A stretch of DNA of 64,000 nt from the human T2T-CHM13v2.0 reference genome, Homo sapiens, in assembly GCF_009914755.1 (NCBI RefSeq), contig NC_060936.1. The stretch is one strand, 5' to 3'. Made by a program: the position numbers and the translations under genes. Below the pieces are notes generated by a model. That model saw only the letters and a list, made by a program, of their open reading frames with translations. It was not told the DNA's origin and searched no databases. Shown here one piece after another: positions 47,858-62,500 of this stretch (position 1 is the stretch's first letter; each line of letters begins with the position of its first letter).

Positions 47858-48152
47858 ATACATACTTTTATATGATCTAGCAATTTCAATTCTATGTTTT
47901 TACTCTTAATAAAACACATGAAACATATTAAAATATATGTCCCCACAAAAACTTGTCCATTAATAATCACAGCAGCTTTATTCAAAATAACCAGAATCCG
48001 GAAACAACCAAAATGTCCATCAACAGTTGATGACATGAATTATGGTACATCTACTGTGAGTACAACTCTAAAATAAAAGGAACAAATGAATGATACCTAT
48101 AACAGAATGGAGGAACCTCAAAAGTATTATGCTGAGCAAAAAAGAAAAACAT

Positions 48153-48448
<296 letters not shown>

Positions 48449-51400
48449 GGGGACTCAGAAAAAAATGGCAAATAGGAGGCAGGTCTAACTTGCAGCTCCC
48501 ACTCAGATGGAGACAGAACAGTGTGTGAAGACTCACATTATGAACTTTTGCTCCAAGAACTACCGCAAAACATACCAGGAAACCCAAAGGAATTCACAGA
48601 CCCTTTGAAAGAAGCAGCTCGCCGCTGCAAACTTCATGAGACAGCCAAAAAACTGTGAGTGCCTAAAGTGTGAGAGGGGGAAGGTCTGCCTCCAAATACA
48701 CATCCTTACTGGGGAAACTGAAAATCCAGATCACAGGAGAAGGATTTAACCTTACGTAGAGGTGAAATAAATTTAGAGAGCCGAGTGAAATATAAAAGTA
48801 GAAGCAGCGGTGAGAAGAGCTCTGTAAGTACTCCCAGCCCCCAGGGAAGCCCAGGGAAGCCATTTCTGACTTTCTCTCACAGGGGTCCTCAGGGAGGGCA
48901 GAGAGTGGGACTGGGGAAGGGTCACAAGGAGGAGACTTCCAGCAGAACTTTGTAATAATTTCGACTGAGCATGAATTTTCCTGGACAGCATTGTGGGGTA
49001 GGGCAAAAACGGGAAGTGCAGATATGAGCACAGAAGCCAAGGCAAGCAGAGAGGGGTGAGACCTGAAAGCCCTGCTTGCTTTCTCAGCAGAGAGGCTTGT
49101 AGCCTGGGGCAATATCTCAGCCTTGCAAACCTGAGGCCTGGATATAAATTCAGCTCTGTCGGGAGAGCATGACAGGAGCACTGGCCTTGCTGGCTACACG
49201 GGAGCTGGGTGAGACCTGTTGCTGCCGGCTTTCCCCCACTTCCCTGGGACTTGTATGAAGCATCAGAGGCAGCCATAATCCCTCTTGGAGCATAACTCCA
49301 CTGACCTGAGAACAACCCCCCATCCCCCACAGTGGCCACAGCAAGCCCAGCCCTAGGAGAGTCTGAGCTCAGACATGCCTAACACTGCCCCAACCTAATG
49401 GTGTTTCTTTACCAGCCCTGGTAGCTGAAGACAAAAGACGAACTCATGGGAGCTCTATGGCCCTGCCCATCACCTGAGAAACCCAAATACTTACCCAGGT
49501 GACCTTAGAGCAAGCTTGTATCCACCCCTATACTACCACAGCTAATGCTCTCTTGAAAGCACCACCTCCTAGTGGGAGGCCAACCAACTCAAGCCATTAC
49601 AGCAACTCATAACAGAACAGCACTGCTCCAAAAAAGGAGAAAACAACAGCCAATTCCACTGCCTGTAACATCTTGGGTCCCCAGAGGCCCTGAGTCTGTC
49701 CATGTAGCAACTTCATTGCTAGTATAACCAGCATTCGAGAAAAACAGCACACTAAACAAAACTACAACCAAGGACTCTGACAGAGTCCACTTCACTCCCC
49801 TGCTACCTCCAGCTGAGCGGGTGCTGGTATCCACAGCTGAGAGACCTGAAGATGAATCACATCACAGGACTCTTTGCAGACACTCCCCAGTAACAGCCCA
49901 GAGCCTGGTAGCCCCGCTGGGTGGCTAGACCGAGAAAAGCAATAACAATCGCTGCAGTCCAGCTTTCAGAAAGCCGCATCTCTAGAGGAAAGGGGAGAGC
50001 ACCACATCAAAGGATCGCCAGTGGGACAAATCTGAACAGCAGCCCTTGCACCCCAAATCTTTCCTCTGACATAGTCTACCCAAATGAGAAAGAACCAGAA
50101 AAACAATTCTGGTAGTATAATAAAACAACGTTCTATAACACCCCAAAAGGTCACACTAGCTCACCAGCAAACATGGATCCAAACCAAGAAGAAATCTCTG
50201 AATTGTCAGAAAGAGAATTCAGAAGGTCAATTATTAAGCTACTCAAGGAGGTATCAGAGAAAGGTGAAAATCAACTTAAAGAAACTTAAAAAATAATACA
50301 GGATGTGGATGAAAAAAATCTCCAAATAAATAGATCTCATAATTAAAAAGCAATCACAACTTCTGGAAACTAATGACGCACTTAGAGAAATGCAAAACAC
50401 ACTGGAAAGTTTCAACAATAGAATCAAACAGGTAGAAGAAAGAACTTCAGAGCTCAAAGACAAGGCTTTTGAATTAATCCAACCTGACAAAGACAAAGAA
50501 AAGAGCATTTTAAAAATGAACAAAGCCTCCAGGAAGTTTGATATTATGTTAAATGACCAAACATAAGAGTAATTGGTATTCCTGAAGAAGAAGAGAAATC
50601 TGAAAGTTTGAAAAACTTATTTGAGGGAATAATTGAAGAAAACTTCCCTGGCCTTGCTAGAGATCTAGACGTCTAAATACAAGAAGCTCGAAGAACACCT
50701 GGGAAGTTCATCACCAAAAGATCATCACTTAGCCACATAGTCATCAGGTTATCTAAAGTTGAAAAGAAAAAAGGGATCTTAAGAGATGTGAGGCAAAAGT
50801 ATCAGGTAACCAATAAAGGAAAGCCTGTTAAATTAACAGCAGACTTCCTAGCAGAAACTCTGCAAGCCAGGAGGGACGGAGATCCTATCTTTAGCCTCCT
50901 TAAACAAAATAATTATCCAGCAAGAATTTTGTATCCAGTGAAACTAAGCATCATAAATGAAGGAAAGATAAAGTCTTTTTCAGACAAATACTGAGAGAAT
51001 TCACTACCAACAAGCCAGCACTACAAGAACTGCTAAAAGTAGTTATAAATCTTGAAACAAAACCTTGAAATACACAAAAATAGAACCTCCTTAAAGCATA
51101 AATCTCATGGGGACCATACAATAACACAATGAAAAAACAAGGTATTCAGGCAACAACCAGCACAATGAGCAGAATAGTACCTCAAATCTCAATACTAACA
51201 TTGAATGTAAATGGCTGAAATGCTCCTCTTAAAAGATACAGAATGGCAGAATGGATAATAATTCACCAACCAAGTATCTGCTGTCTTCAAGAGACTCACC
51301 TAACACATAAGGACTCACATAAACTTAAGGTAAAGGGGTGGAAAAAGATATTCCATGCAAATGGACACCAAAAGTGATCAGGAGTAGCTATTCTTATATC

Positions 51401-52000
51401 AGACAAAAGAGATTTTAATGTAACAACAGTTAAAAAAGACAATGAAGGGCATTATATAATGATAAAAGGACTAGTCTAACAGGAAAATATTACAGTCCTA
51501 AATATATATGCACCTAACACTGGAGCTTCAAAATTTATAAAACAATTACTACTAGCCCAAAGAAATGAGATAGAAGGCAACACAATGATAGTGGGGGACT
51601 TCAATACTCCACTGACAGCACTAGACAAGTCATCAAGACAGAAAGCCAACAAAGAAACAGTGGACTTAAACTATACCCTAAAAACATCCATTAGCACATG
51701 GAACATTCTCCAAGACAGATCATACATAGGCCACAAAACAAGTTGCAATAAATTTAAGAAAATCAAAATTATATCAAGTACTCTTTCAGACCACAGTGAA
51801 ATAAAATTGGAAATGAACTCCAAAGGAACTCTCAAAACCAAGCAAATGCATGGAAATTAAATAATCTGTTCCTGAACAAAGTTTGAGTCAACAATGAAAT
51901 CAAGATGGAAATTTAAAAATTCCTTAAACTGAATGATAATAGTGACACAACCTATCAAAACCTCTGGGATACAGCAAAAACAGTGCTAAGAGAAAACTTC

Positions 52001-52264
<264 letters not shown>

Positions 52265-54700
52265 GAGGAAATTTCATAACATTACAGTCCTACCTTAAAA
52301 AAGTCTGAAAGAGCACAAATACACAATCTAAGGTCACACCTCAAGGAACTACAGCAACAAGAACAAACCAAACCAAACCCTAGCAGAAGAAAAGAAATAG
52401 CAACGATCTGAGGAGAACTAAATGAAATTGAAACAAAAAAATAAAAAAAGCTAAGGAAAAAGCTGGCTCTTTGAAAAGATAAACAAAATTGATAGATCAT
52501 TAGTGAGGTTAACCAAGAAAAGAAGGAGAAAGTCCTAATAAGCTCAATTAGAAATGAAACAGGAGATACTACAACCGATAAAATAGAAATACAAAGAATC
52601 ATTCAATGCTACTATGAACACCTTTACAAGCTAAACTAGAAAATCTAGAGGAGACAGATAAATTCCTGAAATAAGCAACCTTCCTAGATTAAACCAGGAA
52701 GAAATAGAAACTCTGAACAGACCAATAACAAGCAGTGAGATTCAAATGGTAATTTAAAAATTGCCAAACAAAAAAAAAAGTCCAGGACCAGAAGGATTCA
52801 CAACTGAATTCTATCAGACATTCAAAGAAGAATTCTCAACAATTCTACTGAAATTATTCCAAAAGACAGAGAAAGAGGGAATCCTCCTTAAATAATTCCA
52901 TAAAGCCAGTATCACCCTAATATCAAAACTAGGGAAGGACATAACAAAAAAAGAAAACTACAGACCAATGTCCCTGATGAATATAGATATAAAAATCCTC
53001 AACAAAATACTACCTAACCAAATCCAACAGCATAGCAAAAAGATAATCCCCCATGATCAAGTGGGTTTCACACCAGGGATACAGGGATGGTTTAACATCC
53101 ACAAGTCAATAAATGTGATACACCACATAAACAGAATTTTTGTTAAAAAAATCACATTGTCATCTCGATAGACACAGAAAAAGCATTTGACAAAATCCAG
53201 CATCCCTTTATGATTAAAACCCTCAACAAAATCTACATAGAAAAAAACATACCTTAAGGTAATAAAAGCCATCTGTGACAAACCCACAGCCAACATTATA
53301 TTGAAGGGGAAAAAGCTGAAAGCATTCCCCCTGAGCACTGGAACAATGTAAGGATGCCCACTTTCACCACTTCTATTCAACATAGTACTGGAAGTCCTAG
53401 CCAGAGCAATCAGACAAGAGAAAGAAATAAATGACATCCAAATTGGTAATGAGGAAGTCAAACTGTTGCTATTTGCTGATGATATGATTGTATACCTAGA
53501 ACACCCTAAGCACTCACCCAAAAAGCTCCGAGATCTGATAAATGAATTCAGTAAAGTTTCAGGATACAAAATCAATGTACACAAATCAGTAACACTGCTA
53601 GACTCCAACAGCAACCAAGCTGAGAAACAAAGCAATAACTCAACCCCTTTTACAATAACTGCAAAAAATAAAATAAAATACTTAGGAATATACCTAACCA
53701 AGGAGGTGAAAGATCTCTGCAAGGAAAACTACAAAACATTGCTGAAAGAAATCATAGATGACACAAACAAATGGAAACATACCCCATACTCATGAATGAA
53801 TAGAATCAATATTGTGAAAATGACCATACTGCCAAAAGCAATCTATAAATTCAATGCAATTCTCATCAAAATACCATTATCGTTCTTCACAGAACTAGAA
53901 AAAAAAAAAACCTTAAATTCATATGGAACAAAAGAGCCCACATAGCCAAACCAAGACTAAAGAAAAAGATCAAATCTGGAGGCATCACATTACCTGACTT
54001 CAAACTATACTACCAGGCTATCATCACCAAAACAGCATGGTACTGGTATAAAAATAGGCACACAGACCAATGGAAGAGACTAGCAATCCCAGAAATAAAG
54101 CCAAATACTTACACCCAACTGATCTTTGACAAAGCAAATGAGAACATAAAATAGGGAAAGGACACACTATTCAACAAGTGGTGCTGGGATAATTGGCTAG
54201 CCACATGTAGAAGAATAAATCTGCACCCTCATCTCTCACCTTATACAAAAATCAATTCAAGATGAATCAAATACTTAAATCTAAGACCTGAAATCATAAA
54301 AATTCTAAAAGATAACATTGGAAAAACTCTTCTAGACATTGGCTTAGGCAAAGAGTTCATGACCAACAACCTGAAAGCAAATGCAACAAAGATAAATAGA
54401 AGGACTTAATTAAACTAGAAAGCTTCTGCACAGCAAAAGAAATAATCAGCAGAGTAAACAGACAACCCACAGAGTGGGGGAAATTTTCACAAACTATGCA
54501 TCCAACACAGGTCTAATATCCAGAATCTACAAGGAACTCAAACAAATCAGCAAGAAAAAAACAAATAATCCCATCAAAAAGTGGGCTAAGGACATAAATA
54601 ACAATTCTCAAAAGAATATATACAAATGGCCAACAAACATATGAAAAAAATGCTCAACATCACTAGTGATAAGGGAAATGCAAATCAAAACCACAGTGCT

Positions 54701-55050
54701 GGCCAGACATCGTGGCTCACACCTGTAATCCCAGCACTTTGGGAGGCTGCGGCAGGTGGATCACCTGAGGTCAGGAGTTCAAGACCAACAGGGTGAAACC
54801 CACATCTCTACTAAAAACACAAAAATTGCCGGGCATGGTTGTACACTCCTGTAGTCCCAGCTACTTGGTACTTGGGAGGCTGAGGCAGGAGAATCACTTG
54901 AACTCCAAAGGCTGAGGCAGATGAATCACTTGAACCCAGGAGGTGGAGGTTGCAGTGAGCTGAGGTCGAGCCACTGCACTCCAGCCTGGGTGACAGAACA
55001 AGACTTTATCTCAAAAACAAACAAACAAAACAAACAACAACAACAAAAAA
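54701..55050 (+). mobile_element. AluS in L1 ORF2 with an internal ~30-bp duplication
   Basis: ggctgaggcag..gaatcacttgaac occurs twice; (CAAA/CAA)n tail. Confidence 0.88.
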
Positions 55051-56065
55051 CACCACACAATGTGATACCACCTAACTCCTGCAAGAATGGCCATAATTTA
55101 AAAATCAAAAAATAATAGATATTGGCATGAATTTGGTGAAAAGGAAACACTTTTACACTGCTGGTGGGAATGTAAACTAGTACGACCACTATGGAAAACA
55201 GTATGGAGATTCCTTAAAGAACTAAACGTAGATCTACCATTTGATCCAGCAATCCCACTACTGGGTATTTATCCAGAGGAAAAGAAAGCATTATATGAAA
55301 AAAAGACACTTGCACACATATGTTTATAGCAGCACAATTCACAATTGCAAAAATATGAAACCAGCCCAAATGCCCATCAATCAATGAGTGGATTTAAAAA
55401 GGAATGAAATAATGGCATTGGCAGCAACCTGGATGGAGTTGGAGATCATTATTCCAAGTGAAGTAACTCAGGAATGGAAAACCAAATATCATATGTTCTC
55501 ATGTGTAAGTGGGAACTAAGCTATGAGGACTCAAAGGCTTAAGGATGATGCAATGGACTCTGGGGACTTGGGAGAAGGGTGGGAGTGGGGTAAGAGATAA
55601 AAGACTACACATTAGGTACGGTGTACACTGCTCAGGTGATGGGTGCTCCAAAATCTCAGAAATCACCACAAAAGAACTTATCTATGTAACCAAACACCAC
55701 ATGTTCCCCAGAAACTATTAAAACAAAAATCATCATAGTAATTTTTAAAATAATAAAAAATTTAAAAAGAAAGACACGAAGTAGTGTATACTGTATGATT
55801 TTTATGTGAAATTCCACAACAGACAAAACTAACATATACTGGCAGACAGCAAGTCAGTGGTTAACTGGAGCTGAGGATGAGAGGAACTGACTAAAATAGG
55901 GCATGAACATTTGTCAAAATTCATTGAACTGTGCACATAAAATGGGAGCATATCATTGGATATAAATTATAAGTCAACAAAGTTGATTTTTTTAATGAAA
56001 AAAGTTTTTAAAATAAAAATTCTTGGTCCCCATTCCTAGTGATTCCAATACAGCAGGACTGGTAT

Positions 56066-56528
56066 TATGGGAGGAGACCACCCCTCATATTGCCTTATGC
56101 CCATTTTCTGCCTCCAAAGAAAGAAAAACTAAAAACTAAAAGGCAGAAATGAAATCCACAAGCAGACAGCCCGGCGCCACACCCTGGGCCTGGTAGTTAA
56201 AGATCGACCCCTGACCTAATCGGTTATGTTATCTATAGATTACAGACATTGTATAGAAAAGCACTGTGAAAAATCCCTATCCTGTTGTGTTCCGATCTAA
56301 TTACCGGTGCATGCAGCCCCCAGTCACGTACCCCCTGCTTGCTTAATCGACCACGACCCTCTCACGCGCACCCCCTTAGAGTTGTGAACCCTTAAAAAGG
56401 ACAGAAATTGCTCACTCGGGGAGCTCAGCTCTTGAGACAGGAGTCTTGCCGATGCCCCCAGCCAAATAAACCCCTTCCTTCTTTAACTCGGTGTCTGAGG
56501 AATTTTGTCTGCGGCTTGTCCTGCTACA
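56066..56528 (+). mobile_element. Solo LTR2 (HERV-E/Harlequin-family ERV1 LTR)
   Basis: tatgggaggagaccacccctcatattg...aataaacccctt...tgtcctgctaca matches the recalled LTR2; 4-bp flanks gtat/atat; inserted in a MER5-like remnant. Confidence 0.85.
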
Positions 56529-57163
56529 ATATAGGGCTCAGAAATCTGCATTTTCAACAATCCGCATGGATAATTATGCTGCAGGCTGTTTCACTTATCG
56601 TATTCGTCTCTAATTTGCTGTCCAAGCACCCAATTCTTGGACAGCAAATCAACTAGGCAAACAAAGAAAATTCAGAAAAAAGAGTTTGAGTTTTTGTGTG
56701 CCCTTGTTTCATCCCCCAACCTCCATTCTTTAGCTGGAATGCTGGTCACTACCAAAGCATCCTCCTGTGTGCTGTTTCCCCTAACCGTGAGCTCAGCTGT
56801 GGATAAGCTTCCTTTATTCATTCTTTACCAAAGAAAGTTTGCTAGGAAGATAAATGGGAGAAAAGCAAAATAAAAACACATCACGAATGCAGATAAACCA
56901 ATATATGTGCAGAGCACAAGTTCCTTCTCATAAGGTCATTCAAGTCTGGCACCACGTGGTGGTGGGGGGTGGGCCAGCTCACTGGGCACATGGTACCCAT
57001 AAATATGCCTACCCTGGGGGAATGGAAGGTTGACAGGGAGCCTGATGGACATGTGTGTGAAGAACGGAACAACACAATAACAAACATGCGAAGCGTACTC
57101 ATAGCCCTTCCTCCTTCCCATCCCATTCCTATAAAAGAGGAAAGAACAACTCATTTCCTTCAC

Positions 57164-57316
57164 GGGGCATGGTGGTATGCATCTGTAGTCCCACCTACTC
57201 AGGAAGCTGAGGCTAGAGGATTCCTTGATCCCAGGAGGTCAAGGATGGAGTAAGCTATGATCCTGCCACTGCACTCCAGCCTCGGTGACAGACAAGACTT
57301 TAAAAAAAAAAAAAAG
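57164..57316 (+). mobile_element. Alu right monomer (FRAM/AluJ fragment)
   Basis: ggggcatggtggtatgcatctgtagtccca...gcactccagcctcggtgacag followed by poly(A). Confidence 0.8.
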
Positions 57317-58599
57317 TAAAGGAAAAGAAAAGGAAAGGGATATTTCCCTGCCAAATTAATTTAAACCAAGTGCTCTATTTCCATTCATTAGTTTTTTCCC
57401 TGCTGCCTGATGTATCTTTCTCATATCTGGCCCCCTGTTCTGTCTACCTGTTGAAATATTTCCCATTCTTCGTGGCCCAACTTGAGTAACACCTCTGTCA
57501 GAACTTATCAGATCAACACAGTCAAATGAATCCTCTCCCTCCCCTGAACTCTATGGCACTTGGCTTGAAGAGCTCTTACAGAAATCTTGAGTTGTGTTTT
57601 ACTTATTCATGTGCATGGCATATCTACTCTATGAGATTGGAATCAACTTGATTATAGAAATGATAACTTATTATCTATGCTAGATGTGGCTTGCATAGAT
57701 TCTGTACATTACTTTGCACCTAGTGAGTGGTGATTATTGTAGACATGAATGAATGATTCAATCGGTGCTGATTAATGTCTCTGAGCTTTTGCTCATGCTG
57801 TCTTCCCTTTATGGAAAACCCTTCCCACACCAAGGGTCACTTCCTGTAAGAAGCCTCCCTGGATCTCCAAGCTGCTGGCTCCTATAGCACTCTGGGCAAA
57901 CCTCTGCCTGATTACTCACCACCACTATCATACGTCAAAGTTAATCATGACCAATTTCACCCACTTATTTATAAGCTTCAAAAAGCCTAACATTCCATTC
58001 TAGTCATGCTTCTCTTACCACCATCTAGCACAGTGTTTGGTAATAGTGTGCATTTTATAACTGTTTGTCAAATAGAATGATCTATTCAGAAGCTTCTGGA
58101 AGCGTTAGCCCTTGCCACAGAGGACCTCGTTTATTTAGTGTTTCTATCAGGAACTGCCACAGTTGTCTTGAGGTCTCACTCCCAGAGGAAACCCAGCATG
58201 AACAGCCTTCCCATCCCAAGTTTCGTCACGGATGAAGGAAGGAGCAGGACCAGACGCTCTTTAGGGTCCCTTAGAGCCCCAGGATTCTTGTGTTCCAGGG
58301 AATCCCCTGGCAGAATAGATTGCTGCGAGCAAAAGAGGCGAGTGTGGCCCCTCCTCAGCAGGTCTCTAGATGAACCCCAGCCTCTGGAAGGCCTGGACCT
58401 GGGAAAAAAGAATTCGCGTCCCTTCAGGGCCCCACGCCTTCCTGTCCTCCAGCACATTTCTCTTTCTTGGCCCCACCTTCCCTTTTTCTGCTTCCTCTCT
58501 GCTGGCCTCTCCCCTTCTCTTCCTTTCTTTTCTGTTTCTCTTCTCCTACAGGTCCCACCGCACCTTCCCAGTATCGCTGCTTCCCCTTCGCCTACTTCC

Positions 58600-59560
58600 C
58601 AGTCTGGCCAGTCAGATTCACCGTCCTTCTCGGGTCGCCTGCGTTATCTTGCTTTCCTCCCACGCCCCGACAGAGGCTCCCTCTCGCTGGCCTCCTCCCT
58701 CTCCTCTCTGCCCTTCAGGCAGCAGAGCCTTCGCTGACGCCAAGAGGCAGCGAGGTGGGGAGGCGAGGAGTTGGGGAGGTCTGGAGGTAGGGGGTGGGGT
58801 GGGGGTGGGGCCTTGCGCAGCCGCCCCGCCCCGCGATGCGTGTGTGAAGGTCGGGGTGGCAGTGACGCGGCGCCGGCGGGGGGAGGGAGGCTGGGCCGGT
58901 GGGAGAGGGAGGCGAGCCGACCGCTGGGCTGCTGGGCTCCCGCGCCCTCGCGCTCCCCGCCGCCAGCCCAGGCGCAGGCAGGGCGCAGGCGGCGGCGGGC
59001 GGCATGGAGAGCCTGCTGGAGAATCCGGTGCGCGCCGTGCTCTACCTCAAGGAGCTCACGGCCATCGTGCAGAACCAGCAGAGCCTCATCCACACCCAGC
59101 GAGAGCGTATCGACGAGCTGGAGCGGCGGCTGGACGAGCTGAGCGCTGAGAACCGCAGCCTGTGGGAGCACCAGCAGCTGCTGCAAGCCCAGCCTCCGCC
59201 CGGGCTCGTCCCCCCGTCATCGGCCCCGCTGCCGGCCGCTCCGGCCACCGCTCCTGCCGCCGCCGCCAGGGCCCAGGAACCTCTCCAGGACCAGGGACAG
59301 CGCTCAGCAGCCGCGCCGCATCCCGCGCCCGATCGGCCGCCGCGTCAGCACCACGGACAGCTCCTGGAGCAGCCCCAGCGGGGCCCTGGCAGCAGGGCTC
59401 ACACACCCCAGTCGCCCCACAAGCATCTGGGGACACAAGGGGCCGTGACTGACAAGGAGAAGGAGCGTCCCCCGAGTTGCTGCGCTGCTGCCGGAGCCCT
59501 CCTTCAGCACAAATCCCCCTCCGCCCTCGGCAAGGGCGTCCTGAGCAGGAGACCTGAGTG
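58600..59560 (+). promoter_or_regulatory. IQSEC3 CpG island / promoter
   Basis: High CpG density, GC boxes (ccgccccgcccc at about 58822), G-tracts and a TGACGC half-CRE upstream of the ATG. Confidence 0.8.
59004..59557 (+). CDS. IQSEC3: IQSEC3 (IQ motif and Sec7 domain ArfGEF 3 / SynArfGEF / BRAG3), first coding exon with N-terminal coiled coil; gene continues beyond the window
   Basis: Kozak ggcggcATGG; [60 protein letters not shown]...; donor GA|gtgag; 554 nt. Confidence 0.93.
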
Positions 59561-62500
59561 AGCGGGGAGAGGAGATGGGCACTGTTGTGGTGGGAGCAAG
59601 GGAAGCAAGTGGGTGTGAGGGAGAGACGGGGACGTTGGGTGCGTAGGAGTCTAAAGGACCGGAGTGATGTGGCCTGAAGGCGCCAGAAGTGTGCAAAGGA
59701 GATTTTGGGTAAATGAGGGAACGATATCCCTGCTTGAGAAGGTTTTGGGGAATGCTGGAGCAAAAAGGAGTAACCAGACCATTAGTAGGAGCAAAGGAGG
59801 AAGGAGGTGGGTGTTAAGCGATTGGTGATACTGGGAACTGACAGCATTTAAACGGGGTTAGGCTGGGTTGAAGTTCGAGTGAAGATTAAACTGTAGAAAA
59901 GAGAACCATTGAAGGAATCTTTTTAAGTGAGAAAAAATTTGGAAGGAAGTTTGGGTAGTAAAAGTATTTGCATGGAGACTGAGATGTGAGAAAAGCTGAA
60001 GGCTTGGAAAGAGGCATGTGAAGAGCTTTAAAAAGGCTGGGGCCCAGGAAGAGTAGGACTGGGGTAGAGGGGAATCCAGGAGGCCGGGGACAAACCTGAA
60101 AAGCAGGAGTGATGTGGGAAACCAAGGGAGCTGGAGGCAGAGGAAGAGAAAATGTGGCTCTTTAGCTGGTGAAGTGGGAGCCACAGCTAGGAGTGGCTCA
60201 TTTAGGGAAGCTTTCTCTTCTCTGACCTGATTGGACACCCTTCCTCTGAATTCCCGCAGAGCCGAAGAGGTGCAAGGGAACATCCCATCAAACCAATGGA
60301 GGACTCAGGCATGGCTTGAGGACTCAGTCTGGTTACAGCTTTTTCCTCCAACTCAAGGAGGGTTTTTCATACAGGGTGTTTGGCCGTTGTTGAAAGGGAG
60401 CAATGACATGGGGGACAGTTGGCAGATGGAGTTGGTATTCAGATGCCATGCCTGTTTAAATCTCCCTGTTAAGGCCAGCAACTGCAAACCCTTTTTTCCC
60501 GGTTATCTGGTGATCACTGAAATCTTGCCTTGGGTCCTGAGAGAAATGTTAACCTCTCAGTTCCTAGAACTTCAAGCTCTTTCTTCACTCAGGAGGTCCA
60601 TGAACTAGGAATATGGGAAGAAGATATGAAAGTGTCTGGGATGTTCTCTCCTCTGTACTGGAAAGGCTGTGGCCATGTCTGCTTCTTTTCTCTGATTAGG
60701 CAAGTGATGGAGAACTAAACAAAGAACAGTTCAAGGGAAATTGTCCCTGGTCAGCACCTGACCTTGACAATGGTGATGCATAAGGGAATGGGGAGGGGGA
60801 AGTAGAGCTGAGAATCTCATCTTCATCCAGGTGCATTAAGTCTGGGAGATACTTGTGAATATTTGCTGTATTCCTTCAAAACTCATTTTCTTTTACCATC
60901 TGTGGTAGAGTTAGAGAAGTTGGGTTAGGGCAGGGTAGCTCACAGAGCACGTTGATCAAAACCACAGGATCTAAGAGGTGAAGGTCTAACATGATCTGGC
61001 TTGGCAGACTTAAAACATTTGATTCAAGTCCCAAGAAGATACAGTTTTCTACCCCAACTCCCTCAAAACCCCTTTGTACTTCCCTCAGTTTCACATTTTT
61101 ATTTTTATTTTTTCCTTATCTGGCATAAAAAGCAGAAAGTCAGTTTTCCCTCAATGCCCAAGGCTCAGCAAAAGGCAACATTGTTCCAAGATACTAAGTG
61201 GTCTTTTCCCCCACATGAGGGGATGAATTTTTCCAGTCCCCTTCCCTGAGGGCAGCCACAGCTACCTGGTCATTATGATTTCTCTCCTCATGACTTTTGG
61301 TGTCTCCTGTCTCTCCCACTGCAACTCCACTTTCTTTGCATCTCTTCAGGGCACTGTGTGGCCAAGAAGAGTTGAGGAAAGATTATTTTTCTTAGACAAA
61401 GACATAGCCATAGCCTTCAGAGTGGCCTACGGAACCCAAACCCTTTCACTCAGTTGGTCCTGCTCGGAATCCTGGGATTTAGGAATCATCTGGGCTCCTG
61501 TCCAGCTCCACATGTCAATTCTGGAGAGGAGTTATAATATCCTCACCTTTCCTTCTCACCTGTCCTGCTTTTGCTTCCCAAAGGAGCAGAACAAAAATAA
61601 AAAATAATTAGCATGGTGGAGCAGAGTGGAAGTTATTGGAATCTTTCACTTAGAAAGTTGCCCCAGGCACTTAACAGTAATGCCTTACTTTCTCCAGATT
61701 CTCCAGCTTTTTCTCCTGCTCCCCAATCCTGCACACTCAGAAACATAGAGACCATAGATGTGCCTGCCTCCCCTCATCCCTGCAGCTCTCCTTCCTTGGA
61801 TGTGAAAACATGGTAATCTTGGCTGGTTGAATATCTTCTGGACCACTCATTTCTTTCCCCACAGTGGCCCAACTTCAACACCAATTTCCCCACAGAGCTC
61901 AGGACGGAATCACCATTGCTAATGACATGTTTCGTCCTACCCTGCTCTCTGCCCGTGGCCCGTTTTGTATGTTTGTTCTCCTCTGCCCATAGTTGTCTAT
62001 GATGCAGGACAAGATGGAGCCAGCAGGCAGACAGAGATCTCCATGGAGAGGGAGAGGTGAGGAGGAGGAGAGCAGAGCCAGCAGCCCCCTCCCTGGTATT
62101 GCTCCTGGGGAGCTCCCCGCAGAACTGGTTCTCTACTGGGAGTGCTGAAGCGGGAGGAAGAGATGGCACAGTGGGTCTTCCAATCATGGGTTTCCTGTGA
62201 ATCCTCCCTCATTCTTCCTCTGGCCTCCTTTCAGCAAGAACGCGACCCCACTGAGGTGGCTGAAGAGTGGGTGAGGGTTTCCAGAGGCCAGGCACTCTGG
62301 TAGATGCATTATGTCCTCACACAGTTTGACTTTTATCCCCAGAACTCCTCTTCCTACCCAATTCCAGGAGAGGCAGAAGCCCTAGATAACTGGGACTGGA
62401 AAATAATGAATCATTTAATTGCCATCTTATCTGCATTAATACATAATCTGGCCTCTCTCCCTCCTTCAGCTGAGGGAGACACAAAGGTGGTGGTCTTGGA

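Noticed and set aside
58138-59763. Overlapping and antisense ORFs around IQSEC3 exon 1
   Set aside because: GC-rich shadow frames of the true exon and the CpG island.
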